Assembly (NCBI GenBank): GCA_030390025.1
Contig: JASTWF010000338.1
Span: forward strand, 372,001 to 436,000
Length of the DNA: 64,000 nucleotides
Source: Squalus acanthias
Lineage: Eukaryota
Reading direction: 5' to 3'
The translations under genes were made by a program, and so were the position numbers. Below the pieces are notes generated by a model. The model was not told the origin of the DNA and did no database searches. It saw nothing but the letters and a program-made list of their open reading frames with translations. Shown here one piece after another: positions 38,561 to 48,777 of the stretch (positions are counted from its first letter, which is position 1; every line of letters begins with the position of its first letter).

Positions 38561-38921
38561 ACGAGTTGCATTGAGCACTGAACCATGTTCATTCTAGCAG
38601 TTAGAGTGTGTTTCTGCTGATCTTAATAACCCCTATACCTGGGATGGAGATTAATATTGTGTATAAATATTGAATAAATCAGCTTTGTTTCAAGCTCACA
38701 GTGTGTCGAATATTTAATTGATGTTCTGTTACCCACTGTACAATTTTGGGCCTTTTCTTCCTCTGGATTATATCACCTCTCATCTAGTTCACCTTCTACC
38801 ACATCAAGCCCTAAGCGTGTTCCGTTTGAGTGCATGGCTTGTGGTTGTAATAGTCTGAACTGCAGTGTCTCACTTTATACTCACCTGACGTTACTTTGAA
38901 CCACCGCTTTATTGAACTACA

Positions 38922-39055
38922 GCAATAGCAAAATACGGCGGATGCTGGAAATCTGAAATAACAACAGAAAATGCTGATCACTCAGCAGGCCAGGCACCAT
39001 CGAGGAGAGAGAAACAGAGTCAACGTTTCCAGTCGGGGACCCTTGGTCAGAACAG
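38922..39055 (-). mobile_element. Penelope 3'-end (pLTR) fragment with a degenerate hammerhead
   Basis: Similar to 17975-18078; the core reads CUGACCA instead of CUGAUGA. Confidence 0.6.
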
Positions 39056-39894
39056 CTTTATTGAACTATCTTGCATAAGATCTGAAATGTTATTTTCTGT
39101 ATCATGTAACATTTTTTGTATCCGATTTAGTAAATAATCCTCCACACATATTGCATGTGATAGGCTTTGAAATATTCTGATCTTTGTGATTGTCATTGCT
39201 GTTTTTGATGATCTTGTAGATTTAATCTCTTGTTACTAACATACCTTGTACTATTTCTTTAATGGAGATATTTGTTTAACATACTTCCTTTATCAGGTCA
39301 TCAGCTCCTGCATTGACCCCTGTCAACAATCCTTAGTTAGGGGCTGGGGTTCGGGTGTAGGTTCAGGTGTTAGTGGTTGTGGTTTGTGGTTATTGGTTAG
39401 GATTGTGGTTAGTGGTTGGGGGTAGTCAATAGGATATTAAGCTGAGGAGACAGTGATTGAGGTTAGACACCATTATTGACAATGCCAGTGTCAGTGGTCG
39501 TGTCCTTTCTCATTTCATGATTTTCAACCTCATGCAGACGAGTCACAAAACAGCCTCACGAATTGTTCATTCAAGGAACCTTCTTTCCTGTGTAGGCCTC
39601 ATTTCCTCCCTTCTTTCACATCTCTACATTTCTCACAGAAAAATACATCAGGGACATTAGATTTTGGGATTTTGGGACAAGAACAGGCAGATCCAGGTGT
39701 TGTGCTGGTTACATCCAATCATTGGCCTGCCTGAAAAGGGCTTGTGACAATAACCTGTCACCAGGCCCCAACAGTCGCCATCTGATTCCACCGTCATATC
39801 TTCATCCATTACCCGCCTTTCACCCTCACAGGAGCTGATTTCACCACCATGACCATTCCCCATACTGAGGCTCTCTGATTCTCATTTTATAGAC

Positions 39895-40365
39895 TCAGTG
39901 TAAGTGGTCCCTGGATTTGGTGCCTCAGTGTAACTGAAACCTGGATTTGTAGTCTTAGTATAAGTGGTCCCTGGATTTGGTGTCACACTGTAAGTGGTCA
40001 CTGGATTTCGTGTGTCAATGTAAGTGGTTCCTGGATTTGGTGTCACACTGTAAGTGGCCCCTGGATTTGGTGTCTCAGTGTAAGTGATCCCTAGATTTTG
40101 TGTCACTGTGTAAGTGGTCCCTGGATTTGGGGCCACAGTGTTGGCCTTGGATTTGGTGTCACGGTGTAAGAGACCCCTGGAATTGTTGTCTCAGAGTAAG
40201 TGGTCCCTGGATTTTGTGTCACATTGTAAGTGGTCCCTGGATTTGGTGTCACAGTGTAAGAGATCCCTGACTTTGGTGTCTCAATGGAAGGGGTCCCTGG
40301 ATTTGGTGTCTTACTGTAAGTGGTCCCTCGATTTGGGGTCACGGTGTAAATGGTCCCTGGATTTG
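39895..40365. repeat. 30-bp minisatellite, ~15 copies
   Basis: Unit gtaagtggtccctggatttggtgtcacact. Confidence 0.9.
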
Positions 40366-40732
40366 CTGTGAGGCTGTGATTGAAGGTTCAGTGCACAGGG
40401 GCGGGGGGCGGGTCCTGGGGTTAGGAATCTTTCACCCGCCAACATTGACATCATTGGGTGATTGCCCACGGGGTTTAAATCTCTGGCAGGTTTGTGTTTC
40501 AACAGCACTTCCTCATTGGAACTGAGTGCAAACCCGCAGCCCAGCAATGTGTTCAGCACAGAATGATCCCACACAAATCTATTCCCCATTAACACTGTCC
40601 ATATTAATTCACCAGAAACAGCCCAGTGCCCGCAAGAAACGGCAGCCCCGCATCTGACATCAGTTAAACATACAATTCAAAATATTGTAAAGAGAAAATA
40701 AACAACATTATAGTTCAACAGAGTCTATTAAT

Positions 40733-42175
40733 TGTAGAATTCGCAATTATCGCGATTTCATTTTAATAAGGAGAAAACACAAGTTTCATTCAAAACAGCT
40801 TTTATTTCAGCGGAATGCTGTCAGGTTTAAATTGGACACAAGCAGCCTGTAAAATGGCCGCCGCACCGCGTGACAGAACATTCGAGACTTTTTCAGCAGA
40901 CAGACAAGATGGCGTTCCAATAAACATTTTTGCAGGATCGATAACGATTCAGCACAGTGAAGACGTTACACAGGACATTATGGGTTTACAGTATAAACAT
41001 CGATACTGGAATCGGTCTCCCAGGTACAAAGGAAAGCCATCAAGGGCCCATCCAAAGGACATTAATATGTAAACTCCCAACGGCTCTACGATGAGAGAGC
41101 CGTTAGCAGGTAGTTATACAGGACATTTGGAAGCCCCAAACCCCTCCAGGGGGAACACCGACCGATTTAACAATGGGAGACGTATTAGCAGGTACTCAAA
41201 CATTCAGGAGTAGCCCCGAAACCCATTAAAGACAGAGATCACCCATACAGGACTTTTTGGGCGCCAAACCTTAAACAAAAGAATGGACATTATAGTTGGG
41301 CGGGAAACGGAAGAACTGTGCACTATAATTGCAGGCCCAAACCGTCCATTCGCTCTCTTGCTCTCTTGCTCTTGACTCTTGGTTCTTGCTCCTGCCTCGT
41401 GTTCGTGACTCTTGCCGCTTGCCGCTGTTATCATCGTGGCTGCTCCTGGGTAAAAGACTGTTGCAAAGACCTATGTTGGTAGCTGGCAGCGGAACCGAAG
41501 GCCCGGGATGAGATGAGATGAGATGAGATGAGAGGAGAAGAGAAGAAGACCTTATCCATCGCCACGAGGTCTTCACTACAGCGGACGGTCCAGCCGACTG
41601 ACCGAGCAGCAGAAGCAGTAAACAAGTGGGACCAGGAGATCTCCTGACCAACACGTGGGTGCTGCGGTGGAAAACATCCGATCAGCTATTCGGGATTTCT
41701 CCGAGTTATTACGAGTGGTGAGCATGAGTCTCGGGATCCTACGAAGCTAGTTTTAGGATAGTTATTGATAGGGGAGGGTTTTAAAGTAAGGATATTTGTA
41801 ATGTGTGCCCTATTTACGTTGTGCTGGTCGTTCCTCGTTTCCCTAAGAGTGATTATAACTGTTTGTAAGATTGTACTGTCATTAATCTGTGCATATGACA
41901 TGTATTTCATAATTTTAAGTATCATGCAATAAAGATTTTCCATTTCGTACCGTTCAAACCAAGTCTACATGAGTTTTATCTCCATTTCTGCTCTCGCATC
42001 TAAGTCCAGTGTCTAGAACCGTAAGGGAGAGTGATTCGAACCACTCACAGGGGTGTCTAGTGTTCCCAGACTGGCTGGAGACCAGGCCTAGACCCGCACT
42101 GACATACAGGCTGCACAGAGCCGCGTGAATCTCACAGGCTACGAGACACGCAGGGTCAGGAGAGTATCCCTTACA
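40733..42175 (+). repeat. 5' LTR (1443 bp)
   Basis: TGTAGAAT...CCCTTACA; YY1-like motifs ~40851 and ~40905, TATAAT 41324, AATAAA 41928. Confidence 0.95.
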
Positions 42176-42179
42176 GAAA

Positions 42180-43991
42180 ATGGCGCCCGCGGCAGGACGC
42201 TGGCAGCGAGAGGGTAGTGTGTTAGATTTTGGAATGACTGTACGAAATGTGATGCAGGAAAAGATAGCGGATTACGTATTTGGAAAGGTTAATCTAACGA
42301 AAAGGTGGATAAGCGAACTGTTAGCGGATAAGAGTCCACTAGAGGCAGCTGAAAGATGGACGGATAGTAAGGAGCATAAAAAGGCAGTTGAGAAAGCAGT
42401 CTGGCTTATGTGCTACAAAAGGCAGGTCCAGATTTCTAACCAGACCAATACAGCGCTAACCGCTCGAATCAAGCAGTTAGAGGAGGAAATGGAGGAGAAG
42501 GTTTCTGGAGGGGAGGTGCTCATTAAGAGTTTAAATGAGTTACGCCAGGAAAGCCAGGAAGTCTCCAGCTACCTTAAAACAAGGGTAGAGTATCTCGAGT
42601 GCCAGATCACTGAAGCAAAATTAAACGAGAATAGGATGAAGGACAGATGTAACCGTCAAGCTGCCCAGATAAGAACTCAAGAAGAGAGCTTAATGGGGGT
42701 TAGGTCGGCGTATAAGTTGGCCCTTGAGGATAAGTTTCAGGGAGCCGACCATAGCGCCTGCGAAAAAGAGATAGAGAGCCTCAAAAGGGCCGTGAATAAT
42801 GCGAACGGCATGGTGTGCCTTATTAATCCGTCGGCACGCCAGCCGCTAGTAAATGAGAGATTTAGAAATTCCCCACCAAGTAAAGCAGAAGAAGTAGTAG
42901 CCACTGCGCCCTCCGCGCCACCCAGCTATTCAGAAACCTGGGTTAGGGAGGAAGCAACGGAAGAAGCGAAAGAGCCCGTTGAAAAAGAGGTAGAAAAGGG
43001 ATCGTTGTATCCAGTAACGGGGATTAAAAGGGGCCCAAGCAGAAACGGTGGGGAAGAACCGGGGGATCTCCTCGGACAGCTGGTGTTGCCTCACAGTTCA
43101 CACCAGCTGAGGGCCATGATAAACCACGTAAGGAAGCTGACCGAGATAGACGACCCTTCCGTACATTTTAGGGAAGTTGAGCAAGCCGCAGCCATCAACG
43201 GCTGCGATGATGGGGAGACAGCAAAAATGCTGCTGTTCTCTTTAGATAGCTCGGTCCTTCAGTGTCTCTCAGGCGATAGCAAGAGGGGTAATAAAAGTTA
43301 TGAGGAATTGAAAAATGAGGTCCTAGAAGTAGTGGGAGCGAACGACGGAGGTCCGTTTGCTAGAGTGGGACAGACAGTGCAGATGGAGGGAGAACCCCCG
43401 AAGGTTTTTGCCGACAGGCTGTGGCCAGTATATGAGCGCAGCTGTCTAGGTGCGCCCGAGCGCGAAGATGTGGAAGGCGCCGCTTTAATTCATTGGCTTA
43501 GGTGCATAATAGCCAACAGTTTACCAGCCGTTAGAGAGCAGGCAAAAGCCTGGTTCGATCCCAATGACCTCAACCTTACGGAAGAGTCGGTCTTGAATCG
43601 ACTCACGTTAGGTTACCGTAACATAAGGGGTATGGCAACACGTCCCTTTAAGGGAAGAGTACATGAGGTACGACCCGCAGCCCCGACTCAAAGAGAGTGG
43701 CATCAGGAGGGTAATCGCGCCCCACCGGCAAGCAATGCCTGTTACGGGTGTGGGAAGACAGGGCACTGGCGCAAGCACTGCAGGAACCCTTGGAAGGATT
43801 CCAAGGATAAGAATCCCGCGGTCCGAGCCCAGGCGCCTGTCCCGGCTAAGGAAGCAAAGGTACCCACCTCTCCCGAAGACCTCGAAGCAGTGTTAGGAGT
43901 CATGCGCAAGATGGTTTTAAATGCGCGTGGACAGGTGGCGGTCGCAACCGGCCCCGTAGGTGCCGCAGGACCGTCTAATAGTGCCCCATGA
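42180..43991 (+). CDS. gag: Gag polyprotein (coiled coil, late domain, capsid-like region, CCHC knuckle)
   Basis: 603-aa ORF; PSAPPSY at 42909-42929; CYGCGKTGHWRKHC at 43740-43781. The true start could be ATG 42180 or a downstream ATG (~42234). Confidence 0.9.
   Translation: MAPAAGRWQREGSVLDFGMTVRNVMQEKIADYVFGKVNLTKRWISELLADKSPLEAAERWTDSKEHKKAVEKAVWLMCYKRQVQISNQTNTALTARIKQLEEEMEEKVSGGEVLIKSLNELRQESQEVSSYLKTRVEYLECQITEAKLNENRMKDRCNRQAAQIRTQEESLMGVRSAYKLALEDKFQGADHSACEKEIESLKRAVNNANGMVCLINPSARQPLVNERFRNSPPSKAEEVVATAPSAPPSYSETWVREEATEEAKEPVEKEVEKGSLYPVTGIKRGPSRNGGEEPGDLLGQLVLPHSSHQLRAMINHVRKLTEIDDPSVHFREVEQAAAINGCDDGETAKMLLFSLDSSVLQCLSGDSKRGNKSYEELKNEVLEVVGANDGGPFARVGQTVQMEGEPPKVFADRLWPVYERSCLGAPEREDVEGAALIHWLRCIIANSLPAVREQAKAWFDPNDLNLTEESVLNRLTLGYRNIRGMATRPFKGRVHEVRPAAPTQREWHQEGNRAPPASNACYGCGKTGHWRKHCRNPWKDSKDKNPAVRAQAPVPAKEAKVPTSPEDLEAVLGVMRKMVLNARGQVAVATGPVGAAGPSNSAP
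42181..42198 (+). promoter_or_regulatory. Primer-binding site
   Basis: TGGCGCCCGCGGCAGGAC, 5 nt after the 5' LTR; TGG is complementary to the tRNA CCA end. Confidence 0.7.
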
Positions 43992-46900
43992 CTAGAACCA
44001 GCACAGCCCGTCTACCTGTGTCCGCTCAGCTATGATGCGTGGAGGCGACCTGTGGTGGAGATGGAGGTAGAGAAACAAAAGGGCAGTTATCTGTTGGACA
44101 CGGGAGCTTCTTGCACCATAATCCATACAGATGACCCTTTTGACTCGCCGCTATCTACCAAGGTCCCATTCACGCTAGCAGGGTTCACAGGGAAAGAACA
44201 GGCTGGCACGTTTTCCCTCCCGCTATCCATTCGTTTAGGAACACTTCGCTTTAAGTGGAAGTGTATACTGATGGCATGGCAAAAGGGGGGTGGAAGAGGT
44301 ATTCTCGGGTCCGATCTGCTAGCGGGACACGGGATCCTCGTGGACCTCAGAAATCACTGTCTCTGGGGGGCTAAAGGGGAAAAAGGCGAGGTAATGGTGA
44401 TTCAAGGGGAGGAAGAAACAGGGGTCCTGTGTACCGTACAGCCATCCGGAGGCTATGACCTCAGGCTTATGGTCGCAGATGTCCCAACGGACATGCAGAC
44501 GTACGTGACAGATAATATGCACGCGTTTGCAACCCACAAGCACGATTGTGGGAGGGTGGTCGGGTTTGAGGTCAGCGTAGATGGGGACCCCATGACCCGA
44601 CCCCAAAAGCAGTATAACTTCCCCAAAGAAGCAGAACCCGATATGGAGGCAGCAATGTCTTCCTTGGTGCAGCAGGGCGTGTTGAGGCCGATAGCCACAC
44701 ACGTGAACTCCCCATTATGGCCGGTTAGGAAGCCGGATAATTCGTGGAGAGCCACGGTGGACTACAGAGTCCTTAACAGTAACATCCCCGCCTGCGCGCC
44801 CACAGTAGCAGCAGTTGCTGACCTAATAGGGAGCATCCCAGCGTCCGCGACCACGTTCACGGTGCTGGATATCTCGAACGGTTTTTGGTCCATCCCGCTG
44901 CGGCGAGAGGACCAGTACAAGTTTGCCTTTACGTTTAAAGGGCAACAGTACACGTGGAACTGCTTGCCACAAGGTTTCCACAATAGCCCCAGTATTTTTC
45001 ACCAGTGTATGGCAGGGAGTTTAAAGGAGTTTAGTCAGCCCAATCAGATAGTACAGTATGTGGATGATTTGCTCCTATTTACGGACTCAAGGGAGGAGCA
45101 CGGACCACTGCTGGACGAGTTATTGGAGCTGTTAGCGAGAAAGGGTTTTAAAGTAAACCCAAAGAAAGCACGTATCGGTCAGCAGGAAGTAAAATTCCTG
45201 GGACTGACCCTACGCGCTGGGGAAAGAGCCATAGACAAAGCAAGGAGGGAGTCGGTGCAAGAATTACCGATTCCCAACAACGTAAGGGGTGTGAGGTCCT
45301 TCTTGGGACTGACCGGTTACTGCAGGGATTTTATCGAGGATTATGCGGCCACAGCGGCGCCGCTCCTCCGACTCCTCCATAAGGGAGTAGAGTGGCTTTG
45401 GGACGAGGGCTGCCAAGCAGCCTTCGAGAAGTTAAAAAGGGATCTGCAGACCGCGCCAGCCTTAGGGGCCATAGATGGGGGGAAGGAGTTTTTCCTGGAG
45501 GTAGCTGCCAGCGGAGACAGCTTAAGCGCCGTGCTGCTCCAAGAGCGTCACGGCAAGCTGAGGCCGGTTGTCTATTCATCCAGGGTATTAACGGATGTGG
45601 AGAGAAGTTTTTCCAATTGCGAAAGGCACCTTTTAGCCACGCATTGGGCTGTGAAAAGATCAGCGATCTTCACAGGGCTCTCTCCCATCACTCTCCTCAC
45701 ACATCACACACCAACTAAGATGCTTCTGGATGGGAGGATTAAAGACGGGACCGTAAGCAGCGCACGCATTGCGCGTTGGACCCTTCTTCTCTCCCAGTTG
45801 GACATCAGAGTAAAAGGTCTTTGCGAGCCCAGGCTTGCGGCCAATTTGGTATACCCCGGTACAGCCCACCGGTGTTCGGTGGAGGGGGTGTGGGACGTCA
45901 ACATAGGTTTACGGGCCGGGATACATCCCACTGGGCGCGAGATTTATGTTGATGGGTCTAGCACAGTATCTGCTGGCGAGCGACTCACAGGGTGTGGAGT
46001 TTATGACCCTGCGGCAGACCTTGCCCTGGCGATCAAGCTCCCTAGCACCATGAGCGCGCAGCAGGCTGAGCTGTCTGCCGTGGTGTACGTGGTAACCCAC
46101 CCAGACATTTTCCCAACCCCATACACGATTTGCTCGGACAGTATGTTCACCTGCAATTCGTGTACGGAATACCTGGCCATTTGGTCCCGCCGTGGATACA
46201 CCTCCGCGGACGGGCGACCTTTAACGGTAAAGCCCTTGCTGGAAAAGATCTTAGCAGCAGCAGTAGGGGAGGAAGGGGAGATTTTCATCCATAAGGTGAA
46301 AGCTCACTCCTCCACAGAGCCCCGTGGGGAGGGCAACCGGCAGGCGGATGCGCTAGCCAGGGAGGGTGCCCGCGACGGTACTTTCTGGAACCCCTATAGA
46401 ACCGGACCCATAGCAGCGGTCCGAGGTGGGGACGGGAATACCGGGAACACCAGGGTAGCATTGCCCCTAGACCTTAAGACCGTCCAAGCCCAGGATCCCG
46501 CCCTAAAAGCAGTCCTAAAAACGATTGCTGAGGGGAGGCAGGTAGAAGGTCCGTACAGTACGGCAACCCTCTCAGTTAAGGAAGGCATGCTGTTCCGCGA
46601 GGAGCAGTGGGTTGTGCCGCAGCAGCACAGGAGGGAATTCCTCCAGTTGGCTCACGAGGGACCAGGGGCAGGGCACCCCGGGCCCGAGGTTACCTGGCAA
46701 CGGGTAGAGCAAGCGGGATGGTGGCCAGGGCTCAGGGAACAAGTCCGCGAGTTCTGTGCAAACTGTCTTGTGTGCGCTGCAAACAACCCAGACCCCCAGA
46801 AAAGGAAGGTGCCCATGGGACACGTAAGAAGGGTAGAGGGACCATGGCAGTCGATACAGATCGACTATATAGGACCCCTGCCCACCACCCAGGGAGGTTA

Positions 46901-48494
46901 TAAGTACTGCCTCGTCCTGGTGGATGTGTTTTCCAAGTGGGTGGAAGCCTTCCCTTGTCGAACAGCTACGGCACTGGGTACAGCAAAAATCTTGGTCCGG
47001 GAAGTGTTCTCGCGGTGGGGACTCCCCCGTTTTGTGGAGTCAGACCAAGGGAGTCATTTCACCGGCCAGGTGATGCAGAACACCCTCATGCTTTTGGGCA
47101 TTGAAGGGAAGTGGCACGTAGCACACAATCCCCAGTCATCCGGGATTGTTGAACGTATGAACCGGACCCTGAAGGAGAAATTGAGGAAAGAGACTAGGAA
47201 CTCGCCCCAAAAATGGGCGGAAGTTCTGCCTTTAGTCCTCATGGGGGTCCGGGCCAGTCAGTCAAAAAGTACGGGGTACTCCCCGCACGAGGTAATGACC
47301 GGCAGGCTCATGCGAACCCCCACCCATGTGCTAGCCCCGGTGCTCACTGAGGGTCAGCTTCAAGAGATCAGCAGGGACAAGTTCGCCCAAACTCTCTTGG
47401 AGCGCCTGAAGCAAGTTTATGAGCAGGCGGCTGGGAACATGGGAAGGCAGCACCAGGGCAATCGCTTGTTGCTGGAACCCCGCAAAACGCGGGAGTGGGA
47501 AGTAGGAGACCAGGTCATGGTCAGAAACTACGCCAGAGTAGGGAGTCTGGAACCACTGTATATGGGACCCTACAACATTGTAGACAAGGCAAGTCCCATG
47601 GTTTACGCCGTAAAAGTACCTCGGCGCACTAAGTGGTTCCACATAAACCAATGTAAACTGTACCAGCCGGGTGCGCAAGGGAAAACTACAGGGGTAAATC
47701 CCGCCAACGGGAAAACACAGCCCCAGGTAGGACCACAAGGCACACAGGCAGGCGTAGCAGCTTGCATCAGGGGAAGGGACATCCCGGACGATCATGCAGC
47801 GTTTTTCTGGAGTTGGGGGTTAGATGACGAGGACCCCAGGGTACCCTGGTCAGATGAGGATAGTGCAGATGAGCATAGTGATGATGACGGGTGGTTTCAC
47901 AGGAACGGTCTGGAAGGATTGGGGCCGCTAGGTAGAGATCCATACGGGGTGGACACACAAGCTGCAGGTCCCGACAGCAGGAGGAAGGAGCTAGAGGAGG
48001 CCGGGCCAGCCGCTATGTGGTTCCCAGAGGTGTGGCCGCCCGCTGTAAACGTCCAGTCCTCAGGGGAGGCAGAGTTCGCGAGTGAAGGGCCGCCTGCTGG
48101 GCCGAGCAGGGCGGGGCCCCGAACTGCCAGCCCCGAGGTTAGGGAGGCGGAGTCAGCGGAGGCGGGGCTGGCGCCTGTGATGGAACCCCAGGTCATCCCG
48201 TTGAAGGTCTCGGGACCCGGTCCGTCCGTCACGGAGCCCCCGCCCATAGCAGTTCCCCGTAGGTCAAGCAGAGCACCCCAGCCCAGGAAGACGTGGTCAG
48301 GTCCACAGGATGCCCCAGGGCGTAAGTTTCAGATTAAGATAACCCGGGTAGAGACAGGCCACATCGAAGCAGTAACAGGCTGCGGCAGATCAGAGGAAAG
48401 GGTCAGCGCAGCAACAGGCTGCGGCAGATCAGAAGGAAGGGTCAGTGCCCTCCCACCGTCGGGAAGAGCTCGCAGCAGCCTTCTCAGGATTTAA
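43992..48494 (+). CDS. pol: Pol (protease, RT, degenerate RNase H/tether, RNase H, integrase, long C-terminal tail), in frame with gag
   Basis: LLDTGAS (~44097); LPQGFHNSP and YVDD (45057); IYVDGSS..AQQAEL..SDS..GNRQAD; HHCC; IDYIGP / SDQGSHF / GIVERMN; GPY. Confidence 0.95.
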   Translation, partial: LEPAQPVYLCPLSYDAWRRPVVEMEVEKQKGSYLLDTGASCTIIHTDDPFDSPLSTKVPFTLAGFTGKEQAGTFSLPLSIRLGTLRFKWKCILMAWQKGGGRGILGSDLLAGHGILVDLRNHCLWGAKGEKGEVMVIQGEEETGVLCTVQPSGGYDLRLMVADVPTDMQTYVTDNMHAFATHKHDCGRVVGFEVSVDGDPMTRPQKQYNFPKEAEPDMEAAMSSLVQQGVLRPIATHVNSPLWPVRKPDNSWRATVDYRVLNSNIPACAPTVAAVADLIGSIPASATTFTVLDISNGFWSIPLRREDQYKFAFTFKGQQYTWNCLPQGFHNSPSIFHQCMAGSLKEFSQPNQIVQYVDDLLLFTDSREEHGPLLDELLELLARKGFKVNPKKARIGQQEVKFLGLTLRAGERAIDKARRESVQELPIPNNVRGVRSFLGLTGYCRDFIEDYAATAAPLLRLLHKGVEWLWDEGCQAAFEKLKRDLQTAPALGAIDGGKEFFLEVAASGDSLSAVLLQERHGKLRPVVYSSRVLTDVERSFSNCERHLLATHWAVKRSAIFTGLSPITLLTHHTPTKMLLDGRIKDGTVSSARIARWTLLLSQLDIRVKGLCEPRLAANLVYPGTAHRCSVEGVWDVNIGLRAGIHPTGREIYVDGSSTVSAGERLTGCGVYDPAADLALAIKLPSTMSAQQAELSAVVYVVTHPDIFPTPYTICSDSMFTCNSCTEYLAIWSRRGYTSADGRPLTVKPLLEKILAAAVGEEGEIFIHKVKAHSSTEPRGEGNRQADALAREGARDGTFWNPYRTGPIAAVRGGDGNTGNTRVALPLDLKTVQAQDPALKAVLKTIAEGRQVEGPYSTATLSVKEGMLFREEQWVVPQQHRREFLQLAHEGPGAGHPGPEVTWQRVEQAGWWPGLREQVREFCANCLVCAANNPDPQKRKVPMGHVRRVEGPWQSIQIDYIGPLPTTQGGYKYCLVLVDVFSKWVEAFPCRTATALGTAKILVREVFSRWGLPRFVESDQGSHFTGQVMQNTLMLLGIEGKWHVAHNPQSSGIVERMNRTLKEKLRKETRNSPQKWAEVLPLVLMGVRASQSKSTGYSPHEVMTGRLMRTPTHVLAPVLTEGQLQEISRDKFAQTLLERLKQVYEQAAGNMGRQHQGNRLLLEPRKTREWEVGDQVMVRNYARVGSLEPLYMGPYNIVDKASPMVYAVKVPRRTKWFHINQCKLYQPGAQGKTTGVNPANGKTQPQVGPQGTQAGVAACIRGRDIPDDHAAFFWSWGLDDEDPRVPWSDEDSADEHSDDDGWFHRNGLEGLGPLGRDPYGVDTQAAGPDSRRKELEEAGPAAMWFPEVWPPAVNVQSSGEAEFASEGPPAGPSRAGPRTASPEVREAESAEAGLAPVMEPQVIPLKVSGPGPSVTEPPPIAVPRRSSRAPQPRKTWSGPQDAPGRKFQIKITRVETGHIEAVTGCGRSEERVSAATGCGRSEGRVSALPPSGRARSSLLRI

Positions 48495-48777
48495 AGGGGC
48501 CGCCCTGAGAACGGGCGGCATTGTAAAGTTATTAGTTTAAGGTTTTAAGTTTTAGTTTAAAGTTTTAAGTAGTTTTAATAAGTTTAAGTTTGTAGTGGTT
48601 TTAACAGATAACGACAAATGATGGGAGTTTTAAGGCCAGGTTTAGAGGAAGTCTGTTCAGCAAAAGTTGAAGTTTACGTGAGGCGAGGTCAGGGGACCCG
48701 CTCACCCTTCACAAAAGCCAGAGACTTTTTGCGAGGCTGGCTACCTCATTCTATCTGATCACAGGAACCAAGGAAGG

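Noticed and set aside
40815..41943. Small ORFs inside the LTR as accessory genes
   Set aside because: Short, with no recognisable motifs; they recur only because the LTR is duplicated.
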